NCBI GenBank assembly: GCA_963798085.1
Contig: CAWCRS010000007.1
Span: forward strand, 576,001 to 640,000
Direction: 5' to 3'
DNA length: 64,000 nt
From: an uncultured Gemmatimonadales bacterium
Lineage (GTDB): Bacteria > Gemmatimonadota > Gemmatimonadetes > Longimicrobiales > RSA9
The notes below the pieces were generated by a model. That model was not told the origin of the DNA. It did no database searches and saw only the letters and a program-made list of their open reading frames with translations. The position numbers were made by a program, and so were the translations under genes. Every line of letters starts with the position of its first letter. Positions within the stretch are counted from its first letter, which is position 1. Of this stretch, positions 32,554 through 44,025 are shown one piece after another.

Positions 32554-34640
32554 TGCCGCTCTCCTTCCTCGCCCCTGCCTTCTTCGTGGCGCTGGCTGCG
32601 CTGGCCGTGCCGCTGATCGTCCATCTGATCCAGCGCGAGCGCAAGGAAGCGGTGCCGTTCCCCTCGCTGATGTTCCTCAGCCAGGTGCCCTACAAGTCGA
32701 CGCGCCGGCGCCAGATCCGTAACTGGGTGTTATTCCTCATGCGCGCCGCGGCGCTGGCCATCATCGTGGCCGCCTTCGCGCGCCCGCTGGTGCAGAAGGA
32801 CCTGAGCGCCACCAGCCCGCTGGCCGTGGCCCGGGAAGTCGTGATCCTGCTGGACCGCTCCTACAGCATGGGCTATGGCGACCGCTGGGACCGCGCGGTG
32901 CGCGCCGCGGGCGGGGCGGTGGACGGCATTGGCGGCGAGGACCGCGCCACGCTCGTGCTCTTCGATGGCGGCGCGGTCGCGCTGAACCAGGCGACGGCGG
33001 ACCGCGCCCAGCTGCACGCCGTGCTGGCGGGCGCGAAGCTGGGCTCGGGTGTGACCCGCTTCGGCCCGGCCATGAAGCTGGCGCAGAGCATCCTCGAGCC
33101 ATCGGACAAACCGCGTCGCGAAGTCATCCTGATCAGCGACTTCCAGCGCGCCGGCTGGGATGGCGGCGAGGGCGTGCGCCTGCCCGTGGGCACGAAGATC
33201 ACACCCATCGCCATCAGTGATGACAAGACGACGGATCTGGCCGTCGCCGGCATTCAGCTGCGGCGCGAGGAAGTGAACGGGCGCGAACGCGTGACCGTCA
33301 TTGCGCGCATCACCAACGCCGGCACGACAGCGGCGGCGGCGGTGCCGGTTTCCATTGACCTGAACGGGCGCGAGCTGCAGACGCGCAAGGTCGATGTGCC
33401 CGCCGGCAATTCGGCATCGCTCACCTTCGACCCGTTCACGGTGAGCGAGCCCAACCTGCGCGGCACGGTGCGTCTCTCGAAGGATGCGCTGCCCGCCGAT
33501 GATGCGTTCAACTTCGTGCTCTCGCCCGGGCAGGCGGTGGGCGTCCTGGTGGCGGACGCCGGGGTCGAGCGCGCCAGCCTCTACCTGCAGCGTGCGCTCA
33601 TGCTCGGCGATCAGCCGGCGTTCCGGGTGGACGTGAAGCGCGCCGCCGCGCTCAGCGCAGCGGACCTGGCCGGCAGGAGCGTCGTTGTCTGGAATGATGC
33701 GGACTTCCCGGGCGGCGACATGGGCCAGAAGCTGCGCACCTTCGTGCGCGAGGGCGGCGGCCTCATTGTGACGCTGGGCCCGCGCGGCAGCTGGGATGCG
33801 GCGAAGGATGTGCTCGGAGGTACGGTCGGGCGTGTGCTGGACCGCGACGATCCGGGCGGCGCGCTGGGGTACATCGACTACACGCACCCGGTCTTCGAGG
33901 TGTTCCGCGCGCCTCGCAGCGGCGACCTCGCGGCGGCCCGCTTCTTCCGCTACCGGCCCTTCACGGCGGAGGGGGCGGCCACCGTCCTGGCGCGTTTCGA
34001 TGATGGATCGCCCGCGCTGATCGAGCGGCATCTCGGAAGAGGCAGGGTCATGAGCTGGTGCGACGACGCTCGATAATTTCTGGAGTGATCTCCCGCTGCA
34101 GCCCGTCTTCCTGCCGTTCGCCCACACGCTGGCGCAGTACGCCGCCGGCTACGTGGAGCCGAACCCGTGGTTCACTGTCGGGACAGGTGGTCGATGTGGT
34201 GGGTCGCTCGACCGTTGCCACAACAGATTCGGCGGCGAGGGATACAACTACGCGGCGCATCGTGCCGCGCGGACTCGTGGCCATCGCGCCGCAGGGCGGG
34301 CACATTCCGGTCGATAACGGCCTGCTGCGTCTGGAGCAGGCCGGGTTCTACGAGGTGCGCGGCGCGGGCAGTGCAGCAGACCGGGTCGTGGCGGCCAACG
34401 TCGACCTGACGGAGGCGGACCTCACGCCCATGGACCCGCAGGAAGTCGTGGCCGCAGTGCAGCCGCGCGGCACACTGGCGCCGGGCGCGGCCGCGGCCAG
34501 GGTACGACCCGAGGATCGCGAGCGCAGGCAGGCGCTCTGGTGGTATCTTCTGATCGTGGCGTTCACGCTGCTCGCGGTGGAGACGGCGCTGTCCAATCGG
34601 CTCGTCCCGCCGCCGGGCAGCCGCAGGCTGAGCGAGGTGA
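32553..34640 (+). CDS. BatA-domain/vWA membrane protein (frameshifts near 34060, 34180; end approximate)
   Basis: FLAP..L..LAVPLIVHLI..FPSLMFL...LFLMR..A.ARP; LDRSYSM; LISDFQ; C-terminal LWWYLL..LLAVETALS. Confidence 0.85.
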
Positions 34641-34642
34641 GC

Positions 34643-37600
34643 ATGATCAACCGGGCGAGCATGTCGGCTTCCGCGCACGCACAGCTCTCAACGATCATCG
34701 CGGATATCCGTTCGCGCTGGCGCCTGAAGGTCGCCTTGCGTGGCGCCGCGCGGTCGTCTGCGGCGTCGGCGTCGTCGCGCTGCTGGTTTCCGCGTTCGGC
34801 CTCGAGAAGCTCGGCTTCACGCCGGGCGCCGTGGTCATCGCCTTCCGCGTCGCTGACATGGCTGACGCATCGCCGTGCTCGATCGTGCGCTACCTGATCC
34901 GTCCGCTCATGCGGCGCGTCATCGATGAGACGATCGCGCTCTACCTCGAGGAGCACGAGCCGACGCTTGCAGGCCGCAGTGCTCAGCGCGCTCTCCGTGG
35001 GCGAGCCCGCGAAGGCGGAGGATCGCCGCTCGTGTCCGCAGCGCTCGCCCGCCGCACCATCGAGGATGCCGTGTCCGCGCTGCCACGCGATCGACGACGG
35101 CAGGCGCATCGACGGCCCCGCGATCACCCGCTTCGGCACCGCGCTGGGCGGCGCCGCGGTGCTCGGCATGGCACACTGTTCCTGAGCCCGGCTTCATCCG
35201 CACGGCGCGCGGACCTGCTCAATCCGTTCGCGAGCGCAGCGACGGCGAGCCCGTACGCGATCGAGGTCACACCGGGCAACGTGACCATCCCGCGTGGCGC
35301 TGACCAGTCCGTCACGGCGCAAGCTGCGCGGCTTCACCTCGGAAGCGGCCGAATCGTGGTCAGGACCGGCGGCGACTCCTGCCTTCCAGCGCCTGCCGAT
35401 GAACGCGGCGCGGATTCCGGCAACTTCGAGCTGCTGCTGTTCGCGCTCGACCACAACACGGACTACTACATAGAGTCCAACGGCATGCGCTCGCCCGTGT
35501 TCCACATCACGGTCGCGGACATCCCGTACGTCGAGAACCTGCGCCTCGAATACCATTTCCCTGCGTACACCGGGCTGTCGCCCCAGGTGATCGAAGACGG
35601 CGGCGACATCGCCGGTGCTGCGCGGCACGACCGTTCGCGTGTTCGCAAAGACCACACTGCCCGTGCCCGGTGGCCACATCATCCGCGATGCCGGGCGAGC
35701 CGATAGCGCATGTCACCGGACACCAGCGGGCTGCTGGTCGGTGAGATGCGCGTCGATCAGGACGGCTACTACCACATCGAGCTGACCGGGCGCGAGGGCA
35801 AGCCGGCATCGGGCTCGCCGCAGTACTCGATACAGGTGCTCGAGGACATGCCGCCGATAGTGTCGTTCAACAAGCCCGGCCGCGACACGCGCGTATCACC
35901 CATCCAGGAAGTCTTCGTCGAAGCGAAGGCAGAGGACGATTACGGCATCGCGAAGCTCGAGCTGATCTACTCCGTCAACGGCGGCGCCGAAAAGACGATT
36001 TCGCTGGTCGACACGGACAAGCCGCAGCGGAGACGTGGCCGGCTACACGTTCTACCTCGAAGAACTGGGCCTCAAGCCCGGCGACCTCGTGTCCTACTAC
36101 GCACGCGCGTCCGATAACAACGCGGTTGGACAGAAGAAGACCGCCACCAGCGACATCTACTTCCTCACCGTGCGGCCCTACGACCTGACCTACCGTCAGG
36201 CCGATCAGGCCGTGGCGGCGGCGGCGGCGGGGGACAGCAGCAGCAGCAGAACGGCCGGCTCTCCGATCAGGAGCGCGACATCATTGCCGCCACGTTCAAC
36301 GTCACGCGCGACAGCTCGCACATGACGCGCAAGGAATTCTCGGAGAATCTCGTCACCATCGCGCTGGCGCAGGAAACGCTGCGCGGCCAGGTCGAGACCC
36401 TCGCCGACACGCATGAAGAACCGCGGCATCACCGATGACTCCGTGTTCGCCGCCATCGCGAACATGCTGCCGCAGGCGTCGAAGGAAATGGACGACGCGC
36501 TGAAGAACCTGCGCGCTGAGAAGGCACAGGAAGCGCTGCCCGCGGAGCAGCGCGCGCTGCAGATCCTTTTGCGCGCGGAAGCGCTGTATCGCGATGTGCA
36601 GGTCGCTTTCCAGCAGCAGCAGCAGGCCGGTGGCGGCGGCGGTGGCGGCGGCACGCCCAATGCCGAAGACCTCGCCGATCTGTTCGAGCTGGAGCTGGAC
36701 AAGCTGCGCAATCAGTACGAAACCGTGCAGCGCGGCGAGCGCGATTCCGCGCAGAACCAGGTCGATGAGACGCATCAACCGGCTGAAGGAACTGGCTCGC
36801 CGCCAGCAGCAGGAAAACGAGCGCATGCGCCAGCTCGGCCGCGCCGGCGGCGGCGGCGGCGGTCAGTCCAGCAGCAGCCAGCGCCAGCTCGCCGACTCCA
36901 CCGAGGCCGCTGCGCGTCAGCTCGAGAAGCTGGCCCGCGAACAGTCCAATCCGCAGCTCAACGACATCGCGCGGCGCCTGCGCGAAGCCGCCGACGCCAT
37001 GCGCCGCAGCGCCGCCAACACGCGCAACGGCAACACCGCCGACGGCCAGTCCGCGCTCGACCGGCTCGAGGAGGCGCGCCGTCGCCTGCAGCGCGCGCAG
37101 ACCGGCGCGCTCGCGGATCAGGCGAAGAGCGCGCTGCAGCGCGCCGAAGAGCTGTCGCGCGATCAGAAGGATGTCGCGCGCCAGATGGAAGGCCTCAACA
37201 ACCAGACGGGCCAGGACCGCACCCAGCAGGCCGGCCAGATCATTGAGCGCAAGGACCAGCAGACGGCCGAGCTGGAGAACCTGCAGCACGACCTGAATCG
37301 CATGGCCAGCGAGGCCGGCCGCGACCAGAAGGATGCCGCACGCGCACTGCAGGAAGCCGCCAACGGCATCACCGACAGCCGCGTGCGCGAGAAGATCCGC
37401 TACTCGCGCACCTACACGGCGCCGGGCACGAACCCGGAATACTCACGCGGCCTGGAGCAGGAGATCGGTCAGAACATCGACGGCATCCGTGACAAGCTGC
37501 GTGAAGCCGTGCAGTCCTTCGATCAGGGCGACAAGGCCGACAAGGCGCAGCAGGCCGTGGACCGGGCCCGCGATCTGGCGCGCGGCCTCCAGTCGCTCGA

Positions 37601-38438
37601 AGACCGCACCCGCCAGGCCCAGGACCAGAACGGCCGCCGCCTCGGCGACCGCGCCGGCCGCGACTCGACCGGTCAGAATGGCCAGCAGGGTCAGAATGGC
37701 CAGCAGGGCCAGAACGGCCAGCAGGGGCAGAACGGCCAGCAGGGCCAGAACGGACAGCAGGGCCAGAACGGCCAGCAGGGCCAGAACGGCCAGCAGGGTC
37801 AGAACGGCCAGCAGGGTCAGAACGGCCAGCAGGGCCAGAACGGCCAGCAGGGCCAGAACGGCCAGCAGGGCCAGAATGGCCAGCAGGGTCAGAACGGCCA
37901 GCAGGGTCAGAACGGCCAGCAGGGTCAGAACGGCCAGCAGGGCCAGAACGGCCAGCAGGGCCAGAACGGGCAGCAGGGTGGCAACGGCAATCGCGATGGC
38001 CAGCGGGGCAACGATCAGCGCGGCCTGACACAGGGTTTGCCCGGCGGCCCGGGTGGTGGGCAGGACGCGCGTCCGCGCGGCCTCGCCTCCGACCAGATCC
38101 GCCAGCTGCGTGGTGAAGCCCGTGACCGCCTGGCGGACGCGCAGCGCCTGCGCGACGAGCTGAAGAAGCAGGGCGTGGACACGCGCGAGCTGGACCAGGT
38201 GATCAAGGACCTGCAGTCGCTGGACAGCGATCGTGTGTACGGTGTGCCGGCGGACCTGGCCCAGTTGCAGGCGCAGGTGGTCGACAACATGAAGCAGTTC
38301 GAGTTCCGCCTGCGCCGCCAGCTGCTGGGCGATGACGAAGACAAGCTGCTCCTCTCCGGCTCGGACGAGGTTCCCGAGAAGTTCCGCAAGCTGGTCGAGG
38401 AGTACTACAAGTCGCTGGCGCGCAAACAGCGGAACTAG
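34643..38438 (+). CDS. Large DUF4175-like membrane-anchored coiled-coil protein (many frameshifts)
   Basis: GAGG SD; N-terminal TMs; VTPGN, YHFPAYTG, DMPP.V....PGRD, AEDDYG, LKPGD.V.YYARA.DN; Q-rich coils; VPEKFRKLVEEYYKSLA end. Confidence 0.7.
37671..37976 (+). repeat. 17 x 18-bp coding tandem repeat (GQNGQQ)
   Basis: GGNCAGAAYGGNCAGCAG units, 306 bp, only synonymous variation. Confidence 0.97.
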
Positions 38439-38454
38439 CACCAGTCATCTGGTA

Positions 38455-38485
38455 CCGTGTCCCGGTCGCGACGGCCGGGACACGG
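38455..38485 (+). terminator. GC-rich hairpin after the MoxR operon (no U-tract)
   Basis: CCGTGTCCCGGTCG-CGA-CGGCCGGGACACGG, 14-bp stem with one G-U. Confidence 0.45.
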
Positions 38486-38515
38486 CCGGACCGGCTCGCC
38501 TAACACACCATTTCC

Positions 38516-39405
38516 ATGGCACACATTTTCGGCACGCATCCAGTCGACACGGGCGGTCTGGACATGGCCGTCTACCGCTCGTGGAACGCGGGACTCAGGG
38601 CCGTGCAGATCTTCACGGCCATACCCAAGTTCTACGGCGACAAGTCCACCATCCGCCCGGATCGGGTCGAGCGCTTCCGCGAGGCGCTGGCGAAGACGGG
38701 CATGAAGCCGGAGCACGTGATGGTGCACGCGGCCTACGTGCTCAGTGTGGCGACCGCCGATCCCGCCATGTGGGAGCGGGCAAGCGCGGGCCTGGCGAAG
38801 GAAATGGAGCGCTCCACCGAGCTCGGTGTTGGCCAGGTCTGCTTCCACCCGGGCTCGGCCAGTGATGGCGATCCGAGGGCGGCGGCGAAGCGCGTGGCCC
38901 ATGCCATGGTGGTGGCGCTCGAGCGCGTGCCGCCCGGCGTGCGCCTGCTCGTCGAAAACACGGCCGGCGCCGGCCGCACCTCGGCCGCAGTGCCAGCGAA
39001 GTGGGTGACATCCTTTCGCACATTCCCGCCGCCCTGCGCGCGCGCTGCGGCTACGGTCTCGATACCTGTCACCTGTTCGCCTCCGGCTACGACATCACGG
39101 CGTCGGAGGCGAAGCTGCGCTCGATCCTCGATGAATTCGAGAATGCCGCCGGCGAGAAGCCGTCGTTCTTCCACCTGAACGACAGCGAAGGCGCACTCGG
39201 CTCGAACCGCGACCGCCACACCCTGCTCGGTCGCGGTCTGATCGGCACCGAGCCGTTCCGCTGGCTGTTCGCGGATCCGCGCGCGCTCGGCGTTCCGCTC
39301 ATCCTCGAGACGCCGCAGATCAACGTGGATGTGGCGCGTGATGACCCTTCACCCGATCCGTACGACATCGAGATGCAGGCGCTGCTGGTCTCGCTCACGC
39401 GCTGA
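38516..39405 (+). CDS. nfo: Endonuclease IV (frameshift near 38990)
   Basis: GTH, VQIFT, VHAAY, FHPGS, ENTAG, DTCHLF, HLNDS..GS.RDRH, ILETP. Confidence 0.88.
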
Positions 39406-39434
39406 GACCGCAGCTTCCCGCCACACGCCGCTCC

Positions 39435-39463
39435 TGTAACGCGCCCTGCGCGGCGCTCGTCTC
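39435..39463 (+). promoter_or_regulatory. ECF-type promoter, likely autoregulatory
   Basis: TGTAAC-N17-CGTCTC just upstream of the ECF gene. Confidence 0.6.
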
Positions 39464-39496
39464 ATCCTGCAACCCGGGCGCGGGAGCGGACCCCAA

Positions 39497-40138
39497 TTGA
39501 ACCAGACGCACGGGCACATTCCGGAGGAGCCGCCGGTCGCGAGCCGGCCGCCGCCCGGCCCGGACAGCCGCAGTGATGTGCTGGAGACACTCGCGGCCGC
39601 GGCCCGGCAGAGCGGGCAGGCCGATGCCCTGCTGCACGCCATGCGCCCGCTGGTCTACCGCTGGGCGCTGGTGCGCACGGGTAATGCCGACGAGGCGGAA
39701 GACGTCGCGCAGACAGTGCTGCTGCGCGTGCACCGCGGACTGGGCGCGTTCCATGGCCGCTCACGCTTCACCACCTGGCTGTACCGCGTGACCGCTAACA
39801 CGCTGATAGAGCAGCGTCGCAGGCGGGGACTGCTGCAGCGCCTGCGTGAGCGCTGGGGTGGGCTGGCCGCCACGGTGACGCCGGCGGACGACGCCCTGGC
39901 CGTGATCGAGCACGCGGACACGCGTGAGCTGGTGCGCGTGCTGCTGCACCAGCTGCCGGCGGGGCAGCGCGCCGCGTTCGACCTGGTCGACCTGCAGGGC
40001 CACTCGCCTGCGCTGGCGGCCACCATGCTGGGACTGAAGCCGTCCACATTGCGCGTCAATCTGCTGCGCGCGCGACGGGCCCTGCGCCAGCGCATGCTGG
40101 CCGGGTCGGAACAGAAGGGAGAGACGAAGGATGTCTGA
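39497..40138 (+). CDS. ECF sigma-70 factor
   Basis: EAEDVAQ, F.GRSRFTTWLYRVT.N, LPAGQRAAF.L....G.S. Confidence 0.88.
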   Translation: MNQTHGHIPEEPPVASRPPPGPDSRSDVLETLAAAARQSGQADALLHAMRPLVYRWALVRTGNADEAEDVAQTVLLRVHRGLGAFHGRSRFTTWLYRVTANTLIEQRRRRGLLQRLRERWGGLAATVTPADDALAVIEHADTRELVRVLLHQLPAGQRAAFDLVDLQGHSPALAATMLGLKPSTLRVNLLRARRALRQRMLAGSEQKGETKDV

Positions 40139-40604
40139 CGCATGGCGGGAACTGCTCACGGCAGAACCCCACGAGCTGGCGGGAATCGGCGAATCGCCTG
40201 TCGCACGGGCGGTGCGCAATGACGCGGCTGTTCGCGCGGCCGCGGCCCGGATCCTGGACTCCGTGCATGCCATGGATGGCGCACTCCGGTCGCTGGCGGA
40301 TGCCGCACGGAGTGCAGGCGACGACGTCACTTCCACGATCCCGTCCCGCCGCAGCCTCGCCTCGAGGTCTGCGTACTGGCGGCGGGTCACGTGGGCTGCG
40401 GGCACACTCGCGGCGGCATCGCTCACCGCCCTGCTGCTGGTGCCGCGTGTCCTGTCGGGCCCCCGGTCGCCTGCGCACATGACGCCGGCCGAGCGCCCAC
40501 TGACTGCGACCCTGCAGGTCAGGGCGGACCGGTCCTTTGCCGTCTTCGCCACGGACAACCCCGACATCGCCATTGTCTGGCTCTTCAATGCGAGGGAGAG
40601 ATGA
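40131..40604 (+). CDS. Putative single-TM anti-sigma factor
   Basis: Overlaps ECF stop; one TM; short C-terminus FATDNPDIAIVWLF. Confidence 0.55.
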   Translation: MSDAWRELLTAEPHELAGIGESPVARAVRNDAAVRAAAARILDSVHAMDGALRSLADAARSAGDDVTSTIPSRRSLASRSAYWRRVTWAAGTLAAASLTALLLVPRVLSGPRSPAHMTPAERPLTATLQVRADRSFAVFATDNPDIAIVWLFNARER

Positions 40605-41089
40605 AACTGACATCCATGCTCCTGGCTGTTGCACTGCTGGCCATGCCAGCGGCCCGGCTCCAGGCGCAGAACACGGCCCCCAGGCCGACCAACGTCCGGC
40701 TCACGTTCCGTCTGATCGAGGCCGACGGCTTCAAGGATGACGATCCGGAGATCCGGCCCGTGGTGGCGGAACTGCGCAAGCTCTTCCGCTTCCAGGGCTA
40801 CAAGCTGATGACGACTTCCATACTCACCGGCACGAGCTGGCCGCCCTCGACGGTGCGCCAGACCGTGGCCGACGACCGTGCGCAGGAATACGTGATCACG
40901 GCGGACCTGCGTGGAGGCACTGCGGAGGAAATCGGCATTTCCGTCAGCCTGACGGGGCTCGGCCACCAGGTACTCATCCAGGCGTCAGTCAACCTGCAGG
41001 ATGGGAAGACCGTCGTGCTCGGCACCGCCCGCGGGACCAGCGGCACCGGCGCGCTCATCCTCACGGTGACGCCCACCATCAATCCCTGA
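40601..41089 (+). CDS. Small secreted hypothetical protein
   Basis: GAGGGAG SD, ATGA overlap, signal peptide ending LQA. Confidence 0.7.
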   Translation: MKLTSMLLAVALLAMPAARLQAQNTAPRPTNVRLTFRLIEADGFKDDDPEIRPVVAELRKLFRFQGYKLMTTSILTGTSWPPSTVRQTVADDRAQEYVITADLRGGTAEEIGISVSLTGLGHQVLIQASVNLQDGKTVVLGTARGTSGTGALILTVTPTINP

Positions 41090-41091
41090 GT

Positions 41092-41138
41092 CGACGAGGG
41101 GGCGGCCGCGCCCAGCACAGCCGGCCGCCCCGTCGTCG
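41092..41138 (+). terminator. Strong hairpin after the ECF operon
   Basis: CGACGAGGGGGCGGCCG...CGGCCGCCCCGTCGTCG, 16/17 paired. Confidence 0.5.
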
Positions 41139-41590
41139 CCTGCGACAGACTCCCACCGTACGCGTCTCCGGCTTCCCCCTGCGCCCCGACCGCAGGCGCG
41201 GCCCGCAACATTTCGTTAGCGGCGAGCGGGCAGCTCATGACAGCTCTTTACACGCATGCATGATCTCGCGTCGCCATGCTCGGCCTGCTGAGCGCCCTGG
41301 CCCGCAGCGGGAAATCCCTCGCCTGTGCCGGTGGGCGGTCCGCACCACGACCTGGAGCGGCCGGCCGCCGAATGGACCGGCAATGACTCGGGCGTGAAAG
41401 GGAGGAATCCCCCGCCATCCATGCTGGCGTGTGGTGCGTTCTCCAGAGAAGTTGCCTGAGCGCGTGGAGGATTTCCTTACCAAGCCTGCGGGCTGACCCG
41501 ACAGCGACCCGGCCGTCAGGCCGTAGGTTTTCATTGCAGGGAACATCTGCGCCCCGGGCCCGAAGGCCTCAACCGGGGCAGGAGGTGACC

Positions 41591-41920
41591 ATGGACACTC
41601 GGAACTCGGCCTGGCCCGCGACACTGCGCTCCTTCACGCAGCGCAATGCCGGCCGGCGAACCGTCATGGAGGAAGACGCGCCGGAGATTGGCGCACAAGA
41701 GGAAGAGACGGACTACCCGTTCTGGGGCGCGACCTTCGACCCGCATGATGGCCGGGTACAGATCATGCTGGGCGAACAAGGCAGTGTAGAACAGCACCTC
41801 ACGCGATCGATCGAGGGTGCCAGCGACATTGGAGTGCTGCGCGATGATGACGGCCGCGACAGAGCGTTGCGGATCGTGCACGATACAGGTCAGACGCTGC
41901 TGCGATTCGTCGATCCCTGA
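41591..41920 (+). CDS. Small conserved protein (DUF5335-like)
   Basis: AGGAGGT SD; W...L.SFT.RNAGR...GAQEEE..YPF.G.TFD.HD...HLTRSI...LRI.H..GQTLL. Confidence 0.65.
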   Translation: MDTRNSAWPATLRSFTQRNAGRRTVMEEDAPEIGAQEEETDYPFWGATFDPHDGRVQIMLGEQGSVEQHLTRSIEGASDIGVLRDDDGRDRALRIVHDTGQTLLRFVDP

Positions 41921-41952
41921 GGGTTCAAGCAATACAGTTGAGCCAGCCGCCA

Positions 41953-43095
41953 ATGGCGCCATCCGACGGCGTGCCCCCCGGGGCCGCCGCTGCCGGCCAG
42001 TCCAGCAACCACTCTGGCGGCGCACACCGCGCGCCGCCGCCTGATCGGCCGGCCGAGCGCGGCGCGCTTGCGCCCGCCCTGCGCATCCCGCTGTTCTACA
42101 AGCTGCTCCTCGCCAACGGCATCATTGTAATCACGGTGGCCGGCGTGAGCGCGGCCCTGTCCAGGCATGTCTCCACCCTGGACCGTCCCGAATCCGCAAC
42201 GACGCCCTTCCTGCTGCTCGCACTGGGCGGCCTCCTGCTGACACTGGTGTTCAATGCCCTGATCGTCTGGCTGGCGCTTTCACCCGTGCGCGCGCTGGAA
42301 CAGGCCGCCGCGCGCGTGCGCTCCGGCGACTACTCGGCCCGCGCCACGGTCACGTCCGTGGCCAATGTGGAACTGGAGCGGCTGGTGGGCACCTTCAATC
42401 AGGTGCTCGACGCCGTGCAGGAACAGAACCGGCGCCTGCGCGAGCTGGCCGGCCGCGTCCAGACCGCCATGGAAGAGGAGCGCCAGCGCGTGGCGAGGGA
42501 ACTGCACGACGGGATCGCGCAATCTCTGGCGGCTCTGACGATCAGGGTCAAACTTGCACGCAACGCCACGGACAACGAAGTTCGGGCGTCCGTGCTCAAT
42601 GAGGTCAGCGGCGGCATCGCGGATGCCATTCTGGAGCTCCGGCGCATGGCGAAGGGCCTGCGGCCGCCGGCGCTCGAGACGCTGGGACTCGCGGCCGCCG
42701 TCGAATCACACGCCCGTGCAGTCGGCGAGAATTGCAATATTGTCGCAGAAATTACAACCGATAACGTTGCCGGGCTGCTCGCACCTGAAAACGAACTGAC
42801 GCTCTACCGGATTCTGCAGGAGAGTCTCTCGAATGTCGTCCAGCATTCGGGCGCGTCCCGGGTCGGGGTCGAGCTTCGGCGCAAGAACGGCAGTGTGCTC
42901 CTTGCAATCGAGGATGATGGCTGCGGCTTCGACACGGCCGTCGTACTCCAGGCCGACCGCAGCCTGGGTTTGTTCGGCATGAAGGAGAGGGCCTACTTCA
43001 TGGGCGGCAGTCTGGAAGTGAGCAGCGAAGTGGGTCGCGGTACTCGAGTGCAGGTCACAGTTCCTGTCCTGGAGGGAACAGCGCATGTCCGATGA
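41953..43095 (+). CDS. Membrane sensor histidine kinase (2 TM, HAMP, HisKA_3; NarX/DegS class)
   Basis: EEERQRVARELHDGIAQ, LRPPALE.LGL, LYRILQESLSNV..H, EDDGCGF, LGLFGMKER. Confidence 0.92.
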   Translation: MAPSDGVPPGAAAAGQSSNHSGGAHRAPPPDRPAERGALAPALRIPLFYKLLLANGIIVITVAGVSAALSRHVSTLDRPESATTPFLLLALGGLLLTLVFNALIVWLALSPVRALEQAAARVRSGDYSARATVTSVANVELERLVGTFNQVLDAVQEQNRRLRELAGRVQTAMEEERQRVARELHDGIAQSLAALTIRVKLARNATDNEVRASVLNEVSGGIADAILELRRMAKGLRPPALETLGLAAAVESHARAVGENCNIVAEITTDNVAGLLAPENELTLYRILQESLSNVVQHSGASRVGVELRRKNGSVLLAIEDDGCGFDTAVVLQADRSLGLFGMKERAYFMGGSLEVSSEVGRGTRVQVTVPVLEGTAHVR

Positions 43096-43744
43096 TCTGA
43101 TCCGTATTCTCCTTGCGGATGACCACCAGGTCCTCCGTGCCGGGCTGAAGGCACTGCTCGAAGCGGAGCCCGACATGCGCGTGGTGGCAGAAGCATCAAC
43201 GGGCGAAGAGGCACTCGAGAAGACACGCTTCCTCAAGCCCGATGTCGTGGTCATGGACCTGTCCATGCCGGGCATTGGCGGACTCGAGGCGACGCGCGCC
43301 ATCACCAGCGAAGGCATCGCCAAGGTGCTGGTGCTCACCATGCACGCCGAAGAGGAATACCTGCTGCCCGTGCTGGAAGCCGGTGGCAGCGGCTACGTGA
43401 AGAAGACCAGCGCCGACGTGGACCTGACCGCGGCCATACGCACCGTAGCCAAGGATGAGGTGTTCCTCTATCCCAACGCGGCGAGGCTGCTGCTGCAGGG
43501 CTTCCGCGTGCGCGGTGAAAAGCGCGAGGATGATCCGCTCGACCGACTCACCGAACGCGAGCGCAATGTGCTGACCATGACCGCCGAAGGCTTCAGCTCC
43601 TCCGAAATCGGCGAGAAGCTCTTCATCTCTCCCAAAACGGTCGACACCTACCGCTCTCGCATCATGCAGAAGCTGGAGCTGACGCACCGTTCGGAACTCG
43701 TGCGCTTCGCCCTCAACGCGGGACTGTTGAAGCCGCAGCCGTGA
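43085..43744 (+). CDS. NarL/LuxR-family response regulator
   Basis: ILLADDH, VMDLSMP, LTMH, LTERE..EIGEKLFISPKTVDTYRSRIMQKL. Confidence 0.96.
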   Translation: MSDDLIRILLADDHQVLRAGLKALLEAEPDMRVVAEASTGEEALEKTRFLKPDVVVMDLSMPGIGGLEATRAITSEGIAKVLVLTMHAEEEYLLPVLEAGGSGYVKKTSADVDLTAAIRTVAKDEVFLYPNAARLLLQGFRVRGEKREDDPLDRLTERERNVLTMTAEGFSSSEIGEKLFISPKTVDTYRSRIMQKLELTHRSELVRFALNAGLLKPQP

Positions 43745-44025
43745 TCGCACAGGCTGCGCGCCCGTCTCCCGCACCCTGAGCCGTCGCACCCGACCAACAC
43801 CGGAGCCGGTGACGCGGAATCGTCGCCCGCCCCAACACGTCGTTAGACGGTCACCCGCTCCCGCACGGACCAGACCACGAGGAGAAACGCCTTCCCCGAA
43901 GCCGGGCATGCCGGGCAGCCGGTCCCGGGCATGCGCGGGCGTCCCATCCGCGCCCTGTTCCCCAGCCCCGGCGCGGGCCCCAGCAACGCCGCTCCGCCCA
44001 GGCAAACGACGGGCAGCCGGCAAGC

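Noticed and set aside
37671..37976. Possible CRISPR array
   Set aside because: Contiguous 18-bp units without spacers, in frame, no cas genes
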